Under the pieces are notes generated by a model. The model did not search any database. It worked only from the letters and a program-made list of their open reading frames with translations, and was not told where the DNA came from. The translations under genes were made by a program, and so were the position numbers. Of a stretch of 64,000 nucleotides of DNA, positions 39,219-48,900 are shown piece after piece (position 1 is the first letter of the stretch; each line of letters begins with the position of its first letter). Where the stretch lies: assembly GCA_965223265.1 (NCBI GenBank), contig OZ244999.1, positions 5,152,001 through 5,216,000 of the forward strand. The letters are read 5' to 3'. Origin of the DNA: Planctomycetota bacterium (GTDB taxonomy: Bacteria > Planctomycetota > UBA8108 > SXIK01).

Positions 39219-40208
39219 CTAGCCGGTGGAAACCCGCCCGCGACGCTCGCCACCAAGTTTGAGAAACAGCTGATTGCGCACTTTCTCCGTGGCGTCGAGT
39301 TTCGAATGCAGCACTTCGCGCTGGTCCCGGACTCTCTTGAGATACGTCTCGCTCTTCTCGAACGCCGTTTCAATGACGCTGAGGGATCTCACAAGTCTTC
39401 CCTCGAGAAAGATATCCTCGAAGAGAGCACTGAGAAACTGACTGAGCATCGGCTCGAACCCTTCGAGCTCGACATGAAGATGGACCATGCAGCACAGCTC
39501 GTTTCGGGCCAGCTTCTGGTTGCGGCAAGCACCGTCGAACATCTCCTTGGCGCGCGCGATGTTCGAGTGACGGAAGAGATCTGTGACGAATCCGCTATCG
39601 AGCCAATTCTCAACGTCAAAGCTCCCCTTGGCCGCGACCAGGAAAGAGCGGGCACTCTTGATGTAGTCCACGTTTCGTGACAAGTAGAAAATTGCCTCGT
39701 CGAGGTTGAGAGCGTCCTCGGTGAGAGAATTCCAATCGGCTTCGACCGCTTTGAATTCGTCCCCGAGCCTCTGAACGCGACCAGCTTGAGACGACCCAAG
39801 CGAGGTGAGTGTCTCTTCGCGTTCGCTTTCCAAGACGTTTCTCTTGGCGGAGAAACCAGAGTAGTTCGCGAGTTTAGTGCGGATCTCATTCCGCTCTCGA
39901 ACGAGCGTCTCTTGGTCCTCACGCACGAGTTGAAAAACTCCCGCAGAGACAAAATCCTCGCGGGCACGCTCAAATGCGGGGCCCGGCTTTTCGCTGCGTG
40001 ATCGTTCGACGGCGATTTGCTGCGAAATGGCGGCGAACGGGAGCTCGTGAAGCTTGAGATCGGAACTCTCGTAAAGCTTGAGAAATCGACCGACAGCCTC
40101 AAGTTCCGCCGACAGGAAGTCTTGCTGTTTTTTGAGACGACGCGCCTTCTCGAGCTTCACCTCGCAGTAGCCCAGTTCCTTGTCGATCTTTTCGAGCTTG
40201 CGAACCAT
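39219..40208 (-). CDS. Hypothetical coiled-coil protein
   Basis: ATG 40208 (MVRKLEKID) with a GAGGGAAG RBS-like site. All-helical, E/K/L/R-rich. Confidence 0.75.
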   Translation of the reverse strand: MVRKLEKIDKELGYCEVKLEKARRLKKQQDFLSAELEAVGRFLKLYESSDLKLHELPFAAISQQIAVERSRSEKPGPAFERAREDFVSAGVFQLVREDQETLVRERNEIRTKLANYSGFSAKRNVLESEREETLTSLGSSQAGRVQRLGDEFKAVEADWNSLTEDALNLDEAIFYLSRNVDYIKSARSFLVAAKGSFDVENWLDSGFVTDLFRHSNIARAKEMFDGACRNQKLARNELCCMVHLHVELEGFEPMLSQFLSALFEDIFLEGRLVRSLSVIETAFEKSETYLKRVRDQREVLHSKLDATEKVRNQLFLKLGGERRGRVSTG

Positions 40209-40569
40209 CCTACTTCCCTCCAGCGCCCAGGCTGCGGGCGCCGCGAAACTCCCGCGCTCGAGGAGCCCTCCTCCGTAACATTCGCCAGTTAGGGAACGCA
40301 CGGATCGGCCTCGAAAACGCCGCGACCCGAATCGAACGGCCTACCAGTCCCGTCAATCGGTGTGCCGAACTGAGCTATTATATGGGCCGAATCACGCCGC
40401 CGCTGCGTTGCATTTGTCCGCACAGGCCCAAACTAAACCCGCAACCTCTTTACGCAAAAAGAGTTGTGGACATCGATGCGATTCCGGATTTCACCTCTTG
40501 CGTAACTCGACCGTGCCCCTCAGGATCGAAGAAGCCTGTCTGCCCCTTTCACCTTTGAACTGGCCCCAC

Positions 40570-41376
40570 ATGCAATCCCCTCCCATGCCCCATCAAGTCG
40601 CCATCTTGTTCCTCACCTTTGGCTCACTCGCCCTCTGCGCACCGGCAGCCGCAAGCCCCAAGGAAGTCTCCTACCCGTGGGAACTCAACACCGAACACCG
40701 CTACGTGTGGCTGCGCAAGGCGGACAAAGTCGGCGAGACACGGTTTCAGATTCGCCACGTACCCCACCCAACACGGCGTGGCGAAATGATCTACGAGATC
40801 CAGGCGAGGCGCACGTACAACTACGGCGGCGCCATTCGCGCCGCCCGCGGCACCACGTTTTTGACGACGACGGGGGAAACTCTGCGTTTCGAGGAGACTC
40901 TGCGCGCCGCGCACGTCGACGGCAATGTTTCCGAACAGCGCACGCTCTATGAGCGCAAAAGCGAAAGCCAGGCCCAAGTCACCTATCTCCAACCGGGCGC
41001 GAAACCAATCGTCAGGGATCACACTCTCGAGGCGAATTCGTTTCTCTGCGGCAATCAGGCCATGGAGCACTGGGTCGCGTTCACCGCGTCGCTTGCAGGG
41101 TCACTCGATGGCCGCGAAGTGTCGCTTCTCTACCCCGACTTCAACCGTACGGTACGATTACGGATCGACAAGAAGGGGGAAGAACCGCTACGACTGGGTG
41201 GGCGCTCGATCGACGCCACCCGCTACGCGTTTAAGTCGACCGAAATGAGCGGCACTCTTTGGTTGGACGCCCAGAATCGCCTGCTGCAGATCGAGTTTCC
41301 GTCCACACGATTGAAAGTCGTGCTCGCCGGCACCGCGTCGCGTGCTACCGGCGCCGGGAAGTCAGCCGCCCAGTAG
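40570..41376 (+). CDS. Secreted hypothetical beta-rich protein (DUF3108/DUF6134-like)
   Basis: Signal peptide and C-terminal GEEPLRLGGRSIDATRY...LWLDAQNRLLQIE pattern. Confidence 0.65.
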   Translation: MQSPPMPHQVAILFLTFGSLALCAPAAASPKEVSYPWELNTEHRYVWLRKADKVGETRFQIRHVPHPTRRGEMIYEIQARRTYNYGGAIRAARGTTFLTTTGETLRFEETLRAAHVDGNVSEQRTLYERKSESQAQVTYLQPGAKPIVRDHTLEANSFLCGNQAMEHWVAFTASLAGSLDGREVSLLYPDFNRTVRLRIDKKGEEPLRLGGRSIDATRYAFKSTEMSGTLWLDAQNRLLQIEFPSTRLKVVLAGTASRATGAGKSAAQ

Positions 41377-41511
41377 ATGAGCGCCCGCCTGCGTTCTTCC
41401 GCAGCTTCTCAGCAGCAGCGTTGCCGATTCCGCCTGGGTACCGGGCGCGGTCAGCGCCCGGCCGAGGGCGCGCCGAACGCGCTGCGGAGTTGACAGCCCG
41501 TTGGGCCCTCA

Positions 41512-42915
41512 TCACCACCGATCCGTGAGGTGGCAGTAGCGCTCAAGCGCCGCAAAACGATTGCGGATCCGCCGTTCGGCGAGTTGAAGGTCGCCGTCGC
41601 CGAACTCGTCGAGGTATTCGTCTGCTGGATGCGGAGGCAGCCCGAATCTGGGATAAACAATGAACTTCGAAAACGACAAGCTCTGAAGATGGAGGTCCTC
41701 GTAAAGGCCAACGAGATGCGCTTCGGCCTCGCGATACTTACCGCTTCCTCTTTCCTTGTGCGCTGCCAGCAGTTCGACGATCTGCGGGCGCCAGCGTTGA
41801 TCGAGAAAATCTCGCCAGGCAACCTCGTTCAACGAACCGTCTTCGTTGACCATCTTCGACCCAAACCAAGACACCTGCGCCTGCCGCTGCGCTGCGACGA
41901 GATGTGGAGACCAGCCGCGCGACAGCAATTCGACTGACTGAACCTGGGTCTTTAGGACGGTGTACAGTTGACGCGCTGTCGACAATCGCTCGGAAAAGTA
42001 GGTTTCTAATTGGCGATCCTCCTCGAGCGCCTCCTCACGGTCGCCGATGAAGACCTCCGCGCGTACGTTGCGATCGAACACTCGGTCGAGCTCGAGGTCG
42101 GCATGCGACTCCAACCAGGTACCGATGTCAGTCGGTGATTCCATGTTGCGGTTGAACGAGATTTCCAGCAAGTAACGACCAGAGTAAAACGGCACAATGC
42201 CGGTCGACCAAATCGCCGCGACGAATCGCCCCTCACTTGCCTTGACTGCGTCGATGCTGGCGAAGGATCTGACATCGTCGAAATAGAGGCTCGCTACGAG
42301 ACTGGCGCCATCGGGAAGATTCGTAGTGCCGGAGCAGCGCACGCGCCCACCGCGCCCCCAGTCTTCCACGAGAACCGAGTTCGCGACGATCGATATGGGG
42401 GACGCAGGCTGATCGGTATCGGTCGGCTCCGGCACATGTTGCGGCGCCAAGTTGATTGTCAGACGTAAACGCTCGAACGGCTGCGGCAGAATGTCCGAGG
42501 CAACGACGCCCAGTTCGATGGCTTTGGGTCCTAGAACCACATCCTCCCACCTTGTGATCACCGTGTCCCCGCGCCGGCACTCGATGACGCCGACGCCATC
42601 GCGCTGGGCGGCCGGGAACGCAAAGCGGCCGTGTCCGTCGGTCTCGGCGATCTCTTCGTTCAAGGCGACCGTCACCCCCGGTTGCGGCTCGAGTCCGCTG
42701 CCGAGAACGTATCCCGTAACCTCAAACGACGAGGGCCCAACCACTCGGGGCTCGACGGAAACGCTTTCGTCGACACGAGTCCACTCTTCTTCGTCCTCCC
42801 AGTGGGGCTCCCACGGTTCGTCCACGGGCGCGCGGGGCGGCGTCCAAAAAACCATGGCCAGCCCTCCCCCCACCACCAGCGCGGCTCCAAGCAAGAGGAG
42901 GAGAGGGCGCTTCAC
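41512..42915 (-). CDS. Membrane-anchored hypothetical protein with carboxypeptidase-regulatory-like Ig domain
   Basis: N-terminal TM, VTGYVL...P.PGVTVAL...ETDGHGRFAF, GTTNLPDGA motif. Confidence 0.7.
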   Translation of the reverse strand: MKRPLLLLLGAALVVGGGLAMVFWTPPRAPVDEPWEPHWEDEEEWTRVDESVSVEPRVVGPSSFEVTGYVLGSGLEPQPGVTVALNEEIAETDGHGRFAFPAAQRDGVGVIECRRGDTVITRWEDVVLGPKAIELGVVASDILPQPFERLRLTINLAPQHVPEPTDTDQPASPISIVANSVLVEDWGRGGRVRCSGTTNLPDGASLVASLYFDDVRSFASIDAVKASEGRFVAAIWSTGIVPFYSGRYLLEISFNRNMESPTDIGTWLESHADLELDRVFDRNVRAEVFIGDREEALEEDRQLETYFSERLSTARQLYTVLKTQVQSVELLSRGWSPHLVAAQRQAQVSWFGSKMVNEDGSLNEVAWRDFLDQRWRPQIVELLAAHKERGSGKYREAEAHLVGLYEDLHLQSLSFSKFIVYPRFGLPPHPADEYLDEFGDGDLQLAERRIRNRFAALERYCHLTDRW

Positions 42916-43326
42916 GTCGTATCGGGCTCCATGGTGAACACTCTAAGGTCGACGCTGCACCGCCGCGATCCAGACGCGAGCGGCCGGCACGAAGAAAACT
43001 CGTACAGATCCTACCGATCGCAGACGGCGCGCCGGTAAGGAATTCGCCTCGGGCGCTCCGATTTCTCTGCGGCCACGAAGACTGGCGGCGCCAAGACACC
43101 GCTGCAGAGACGCAGGGTCGCTGAGGAGACCGCCGGTCTGAGGACGAAGGCATACACCCGGGTGTTGCACACAACTCCGCCGTCGGTTCATATGGCATCG
43201 ACCTACGCACCCGCGCAGTAGGCCACGATCGTTCTGGTCGTACGCTCGCACTCGACGCTACGGGCGATCGCGAGGCCGTCTCCTGCTGCGATGAGGCACG
43301 GTCGAGCACTGGACGAAGAGACGCCC

Positions 43327-44301
43327 ATGGCCATCCACATCTACTCACACGCTGCCCTTCTGCGACACGAGACAGGCCCCCATCCGGAATGCGCCGATCG
43401 CATTCGTGTGATGGAATCATCGCTCAAAGAGGCGCCTCAATTGAAAGGCCGCCTCGAGTGGCGCGACGCCGAGCCAGCGACAGAGCGAGATCTGCTCCGA
43501 TGCCATAGCAAAGAACACGTCGACCGCGTCACCGCTGCAGCAGGAAAATCGGGGCGATTCGACGCGGACACCCCGTATTCACCGCAGTCCAGCGACGCGG
43601 CCCGACGCGCGGCCGGACTGACGATCGCAGCCGCACAAAGGGTCTTCGAGTCAGGACAGCCTGCCTTTTGCCTTGTGCGGCCGCCAGGCCATCACGCCAC
43701 TGGCAAACACGCGATGGGGTTCTGCCTCTTCAATAACGTCGCCATCGCGGCACGCGCGGTTCAGCAGATGGGCTGCCGGAAAGTGTTGATCGTTGATTGG
43801 GACGTGCACCACGGAAACGGCACGCAGGACATCTTCTATGAAGACGCGACGATCTTTTACTACTCACTGCATGCGCACCCCCACTACCCGGGCACCGGAG
43901 GCTCTCACGAGACGGGCCGCGGTGACGGGCTAGGAACCACACTGAACCGCCCGCTGCCACACGGGTTCTCACGCCGGCGCTACGTCGAAATCTTCTCCGC
44001 CGACGTGACGAAGATCCACCGCGACTTCGCCCCCGACTTAGTGATCGTGAGCTGTGGCTTCGATGCCCATTGGCAAGATCCTCTAGGTGGACTCACGCTA
44101 CGCGACGATGACTTCGCAACTCTCACCGCCCGGCTTCTCGGCTTGGATGAGAAAATGCGCCTCTTGTCTGTCCTCGAAGGCGGATACAATTTAGAGACAC
44201 TCGGGAAGAGCGTTGCGGCGCACGTCGGAGCCCTGGAGCGGCGGGACCTCGACCGAACAAACACCTCCCGTGGCTCGCCGGACGCTGGTGCTCGTCCGTA
44301 G
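43327..44301 (+). CDS. Histone deacetylase family (Zn-dependent lysine/polyamine deacetylase)
   Basis: HPE...[40 protein letters not shown]. Confidence 0.95.
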   Translation: MAIHIYSHAALLRHETGPHPECADRIRVMESSLKEAPQLKGRLEWRDAEPATERDLLRCHSKEHVDRVTAAAGKSGRFDADTPYSPQSSDAARRAAGLTIAAAQRVFESGQPAFCLVRPPGHHATGKHAMGFCLFNNVAIAARAVQQMGCRKVLIVDWDVHHGNGTQDIFYEDATIFYYSLHAHPHYPGTGGSHETGRGDGLGTTLNRPLPHGFSRRRYVEIFSADVTKIHRDFAPDLVIVSCGFDAHWQDPLGGLTLRDDDFATLTARLLGLDEKMRLLSVLEGGYNLETLGKSVAAHVGALERRDLDRTNTSRGSPDAGARP

Positions 44302-44378
44302 CACTTTTTTCGACAATGCTTCGCACCGAAGACCAGGTCATTCGCGAGTTACGGCCTCACAAGCTGGAGAAATCCTCG

Positions 44379-45455
44379 ATGACACTACGTTTCATGACGT
44401 CGCCGATCGCAGTTGCCAGCGTACTCTGCGCCTGCGTTTCAATCCTCGGCGCCGACACCAAACCGCGAGCCAGTGGCACGAAGGCGAAAAAGCCTGTCGA
44501 TCCGATCGTCAAGCCTGGCCTCGAGCTGCGCCAGGCTAGGAAGTTTGATGCCGCCGTCGACGCCCTTCAAGCGGCACTCGATAGAGACCTCGACGACGAG
44601 AGACGCGCACTCGTGCTGTTCGAACTCGGCCAAACGCATTACCTGAGGGCTCAGCACTCCAAGGACCTCAATCTCTCGCCCGAAGACGCCGCCGCCGCTC
44701 GCAATCAAGCGCTGACAACGTTCGAGCAGGTTTTCCGCAGACTGCCGCAGACTGCGAAAGCCGGCACGTCACGCTATATGGCGGGTTCGACCTACTTACT
44801 CATGGAAAAGTACGATGAGGCCCTGAGCTCATACCTCGCCGCGTACCGCGAGTATCCGAAATATGAAGCCCGCTCGCGCGCGCTTTTGCGTGCCGGCGTG
44901 ACGCTGGCAGGGCTCGACCGACCGGCGGAGGCACGACGGATGTACCAGCGGGTCATACGTGAGTTTCCGCAGCGGAAATTCGACGTGCGCAAAGCGCGCA
45001 GCTACACCCAGCAGATCGACATCGTGGGTAGACCAGCGCTCAACTTGACGCCGGCAACTTGGCAGAACGGAGTGGTCGACGGCAGCGCGGGGCTGAAGAC
45101 ATTTGATGGGGAAGTCGTGGGGGTCGTGTTCCTCGCCACCTGGTGCACCAGCTGCAGCAAGGCGCTTCCCCAGCTGCGCGGTGTGATGGAACGCTGGACA
45201 GATGCCGGAATCGTCTTTCTGGGCGTTCTGAATCCTAAGGACCCCAAGAGCACGATGCCGCCTCGCGCCTATGTGGAGAAGTCTCGTCTCGATTTCGTCG
45301 ACATCGGCTTCATCGAGAATCAGCGAGTGTGGAACGCCTACCGCGCGCAAAGCCTGCCGGCAGTAGCGCTGATCGACCGCCGAGGCACAGTGCGCTGGCG
45401 AGGCCACCCAGTTTTCTTTCCAGTCCCCCTGGCGACCAAGCTCCTAACGGAGTGA
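44379..45455 (+). CDS. Secreted TPR + TlpA-like thioredoxin (redoxin) protein
   Basis: Signal peptide, TPR repeats, FLATWCTSC (CxxC), LP...LIDRRGTVRW. Confidence 0.85.
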   Translation: MTLRFMTSPIAVASVLCACVSILGADTKPRASGTKAKKPVDPIVKPGLELRQARKFDAAVDALQAALDRDLDDERRALVLFELGQTHYLRAQHSKDLNLSPEDAAAARNQALTTFEQVFRRLPQTAKAGTSRYMAGSTYLLMEKYDEALSSYLAAYREYPKYEARSRALLRAGVTLAGLDRPAEARRMYQRVIREFPQRKFDVRKARSYTQQIDIVGRPALNLTPATWQNGVVDGSAGLKTFDGEVVGVVFLATWCTSCSKALPQLRGVMERWTDAGIVFLGVLNPKDPKSTMPPRAYVEKSRLDFVDIGFIENQRVWNAYRAQSLPAVALIDRRGTVRWRGHPVFFPVPLATKLLTE

Positions 45456-45582
45456 GATGATCCGCAGATGGTTCGCAAAAAAGTGTCAGGTTTCTGGGCG
45501 CTGGGCAGATGGCGCAACCGGCACGTGAAACCTAAGATAATTATATACATAGGTTTATAGCAAACTCTATGTATTGAGGGAG

Positions 45583-45598
45583 TGGCATGCGGGTTGCT
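45583..45598 (+). promoter_or_regulatory. Sigma54 (-24/-12) promoter
   Basis: TGGCATGCGGGTTGCT fits GG-N10-GC and is preceded by an AT-rich tract at about 45530-45576. Confidence 0.7.
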
Positions 45599-45915
45599 TT
45601 ATTGACCACTGAGACCCAAAACCCTAACCCAACCCCCTCCCTCAATTGCATCCTCGACCCCTTCGAGGATCCCTCCAACCAAGGGCACCGGCTGGCCGCG
45701 AAAGCCACCCAGCCGTGCCCTTCGTGTCTTTCTGGGGCGGGGTGACGCAGGCGGTGGTTGAGATTCGTTCGTGCGTTTCAGCTTTCGGCTCGAAGCCTTT
45801 TGAGCGCCGAAGGTGGAGAAAAAACGACTCGCACTACCCAACAACGCGGCGGAACGGTCCAACTGCGGTTAGACTCGAGTTCGCTCGAGTTGACCTCACC
45901 GCCGGGAGCGCTTCA

Positions 45916-48900
45916 ATGCCCGATCACCCCTCGACCAACGCAAAGCGTCGGCCCATGTTGCGCGCGGCGCTTTTCCTCTCCACGCTTCTCGTCAGTGGAA
46001 CAACACCACTGATGGCACTGCGCATCACCGAGGTGTTCTACCACCCGGCCGCGACCGAGGATCCGCAGCAGATCCTGGAGTTCGTCGAGCTCTTCAATGA
46101 CTCCTCGGTCGGGGTCGACCTGGGCGGTGCCTACTTCAGTAGCGGAATCGATTTCGTTTTCCCCGAAGGCACGTTTCTTTCGGCCCAGTCCTACCTCGTG
46201 GTTTGCCGCGATGCTGAGGCTGTCGGACGTCGGTATGGCATCGACAATGTGATCGGCAACTTCGCGCGGCGGTTGAGTGACGGCGGCGAACGCCTCGAGG
46301 TGCTGACCCACGCTGGCGCGCCGCTGGCTTCGATTCGCTACCGAGACCGCGGCGACTGGCCCGTAGCGCCCGACGGCGCTGGCTACAGCCTCTCACTGCG
46401 GCGACCGCACAGCGATGGCCAGCGCGTCTCCGACTGGGCGGTCAGTCGGGAGGTGGGCGGCACTCCAGGCGAAGAGAACTTTCCGCCGACAGAAACCATC
46501 GACACCGTCCTGATTGCGGCCAACGGTCCGGACGCTCACTGGCTCCTGCGCAAGGGGCGCGATCCCGAGAGCGGCCGGCCCGCAGAGTTTTCGAATCCGC
46601 CCGACGCGTGGTATCAGCTGGATTTCGACGCGTCGCAATGGGAAGCGGTTGAGGCTCCCGTCGGCTACAACGCGCCGGGCATAGCGACGGAACTGAACGA
46701 CATGCGCCGTCAGTATCTCGCCTTCGCACTGCGTCGTGAGTTCGAGTTGACGCCGGAGGCAATCGACGAAGCGGAGCGACTCGTGCTCTCATTGCGTGTC
46801 GACGACGGGGCTGTCGCGTATGTCAACGGCGAGACAGTCGCAACGTTCAATCTCGATCTCGCCCCCGGAGAGGTCGTCAGCGCGACCACGCGGGCCCGCG
46901 TCGCTCGCAATATGGAGGACGGAGAGATCACGTTCGAACTCCCCCGGGAGCTCTTCCGCGCCGGTGTCAATGTCGTCGGTGTGCAAGTCCACAACGCCGG
47001 AGCTGGCTCCGACGACGCTGGCGTTTCGGTCTCGCTGGTCTCGCATCGCCAGCCCGACTCTGAGCCGCCTGCGGCCGTCGCGATCAACGAGGTCATCGTT
47101 GCAGCGACTGATTCCCAGCGACGAGTCGAGCTCATGAATCTTACGTCGGTCCCGGTGGATCTGTCCGGCTATGAGCTCTCGGACGACCCAGGAGGGTCGA
47201 CAGGCTTTCGTTTTGCGGCCGGAACGACAATCGCGGCCAACGGATTCCTGACGCTGACCGAGACCGAGCTCGGATTCGAGCTCGGTGAAGATCGGATCCG
47301 CCTCTTCCTACACGACGCCACCGGGCGCCTTGTCGACGCGATGCAGCAGGATGGCGCGCCAACCACTGCACCGTCTCAGAGTCACGCGCGGTTTCCCGAT
47401 GGCGTTGGCGGCTGGTGGGTTTCCACCCAACCGACACCCAATGAGGCAAATCGCGTCGATCTTGAGCGCAGCGTCGTCATCAATGAGATCATGTTCCACC
47501 CGCGTCAGATCGACCAAAACGGTCAACTGATTCAAGACACATCGTTTGCAGAGTACATCGAACTGCTCAACGTCTCGGATCGCCGCGTCAGCCTGGACGG
47601 CTTTCGTTTCGACGCTGGAATCCAGTTTGCATTCGGAGCTGAACACGAGATGGCTCCAGGCGAATATCTCGTCGTCGCGCGGCGACCCGAATGGGTTCGA
47701 CAAACATATCAGCTCACACCGCAGCAAGTCGTCGGACCACCGAGCGACGCGTCCGCAGAGGAGATAGAGCGCTTCGGGCGTCTGAGCAATCGTGGTGAGG
47801 CGCTGCGTCTCGTCGATCCCTTCGGCAACACGGTCGACGAGGTCAGCTACGCCGACGAGGGCGACTGGGACGAATTCGCTGACCACGGTGGATCGAGCCT
47901 GGAGCTCATCGACCCGCTGCACGACAATTCGTTCCCTCACGCCTGGACGGCAAGCGACGAGAGCGCAGGGGCGAGCTGGACGGAAATCGATTACACGGCG
48001 CCCCTCACGTTCCCGAGCCCAGGACCACCGGAGTTCGAACTCCACCTCTATCTCATCGCGCGCGGCGAGTGTCTCATCGATGCGGTCTCAGTCGTTGCGG
48101 ACGACGGAGAAGAGCTCGTACCGAACGGCAGTTTCGAAGGGGACGACGATTCGCCAGAAGTCGGCACGGGCACAGAACCGTGGCGCCTTTGGGGTACGCA
48201 CGATGCTTCGTTCCGCACCACGCAAGAGTCGAGCGAGGGAAGTGCCAGTTTGCATCTTGTCGCGCTCGGCTCGGGGAACAACAAGGCGAATCGACTCGAG
48301 GTCGATCTGCCAACGGTCGAAGGCGCCAGTCAGGTGCGAATACGCTTAGCAGCGCGCTGGCTCGCCGGGTCGAACATGCTGCACATCAGCGGTCACAACA
48401 ACGCCTACGGCCGCACGGTTGCGCTTTCGCTGCCGCCGCGCATGGGGACGCCTGGCAGGGAGAATCGAGCGACGCGGCAGCTGCTCGACCGCCGTGGTGA
48501 CACGAACCTAGGTCCCGTCGTCAAAGACGTCCGGCACGACCCTGCCGTACCCAACGCGGGGAGTCAAATCGCCGTCACCGCGCACGTAGTGGACGGAGAT
48601 GGAATCGATCGTGTCGAACTCGTCTACACGATCGACGGGACGGAGACGCCGGCGCGTTTGCCAATGCTCGACGACGGTGCGAACCGAGACGGTGTGGCGG
48701 GCGACGGGATATTCGGGGTGATCATCGGATCGCTACAAGACAACACGATCGTCGACTTTTGGATCGAGACAGAAGACTCGGCGCGTGCCGTCCACGCCTA
48801 CCCGTGGAACGCACCACAGCGAACGCTCAATTTCATCGTCGCACCGCCGCTAGAAAGTAGCGTTTTGCGCTACCGATTGGTGATGAACCAAGCCAGTCGC

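Noticed and set aside
43118-43150. Hammerhead-ribozyme-like CTGAGGA plus stem
   Set aside because: The stem is followed by GAGG rather than GAAA, and stems I and III could not be built.
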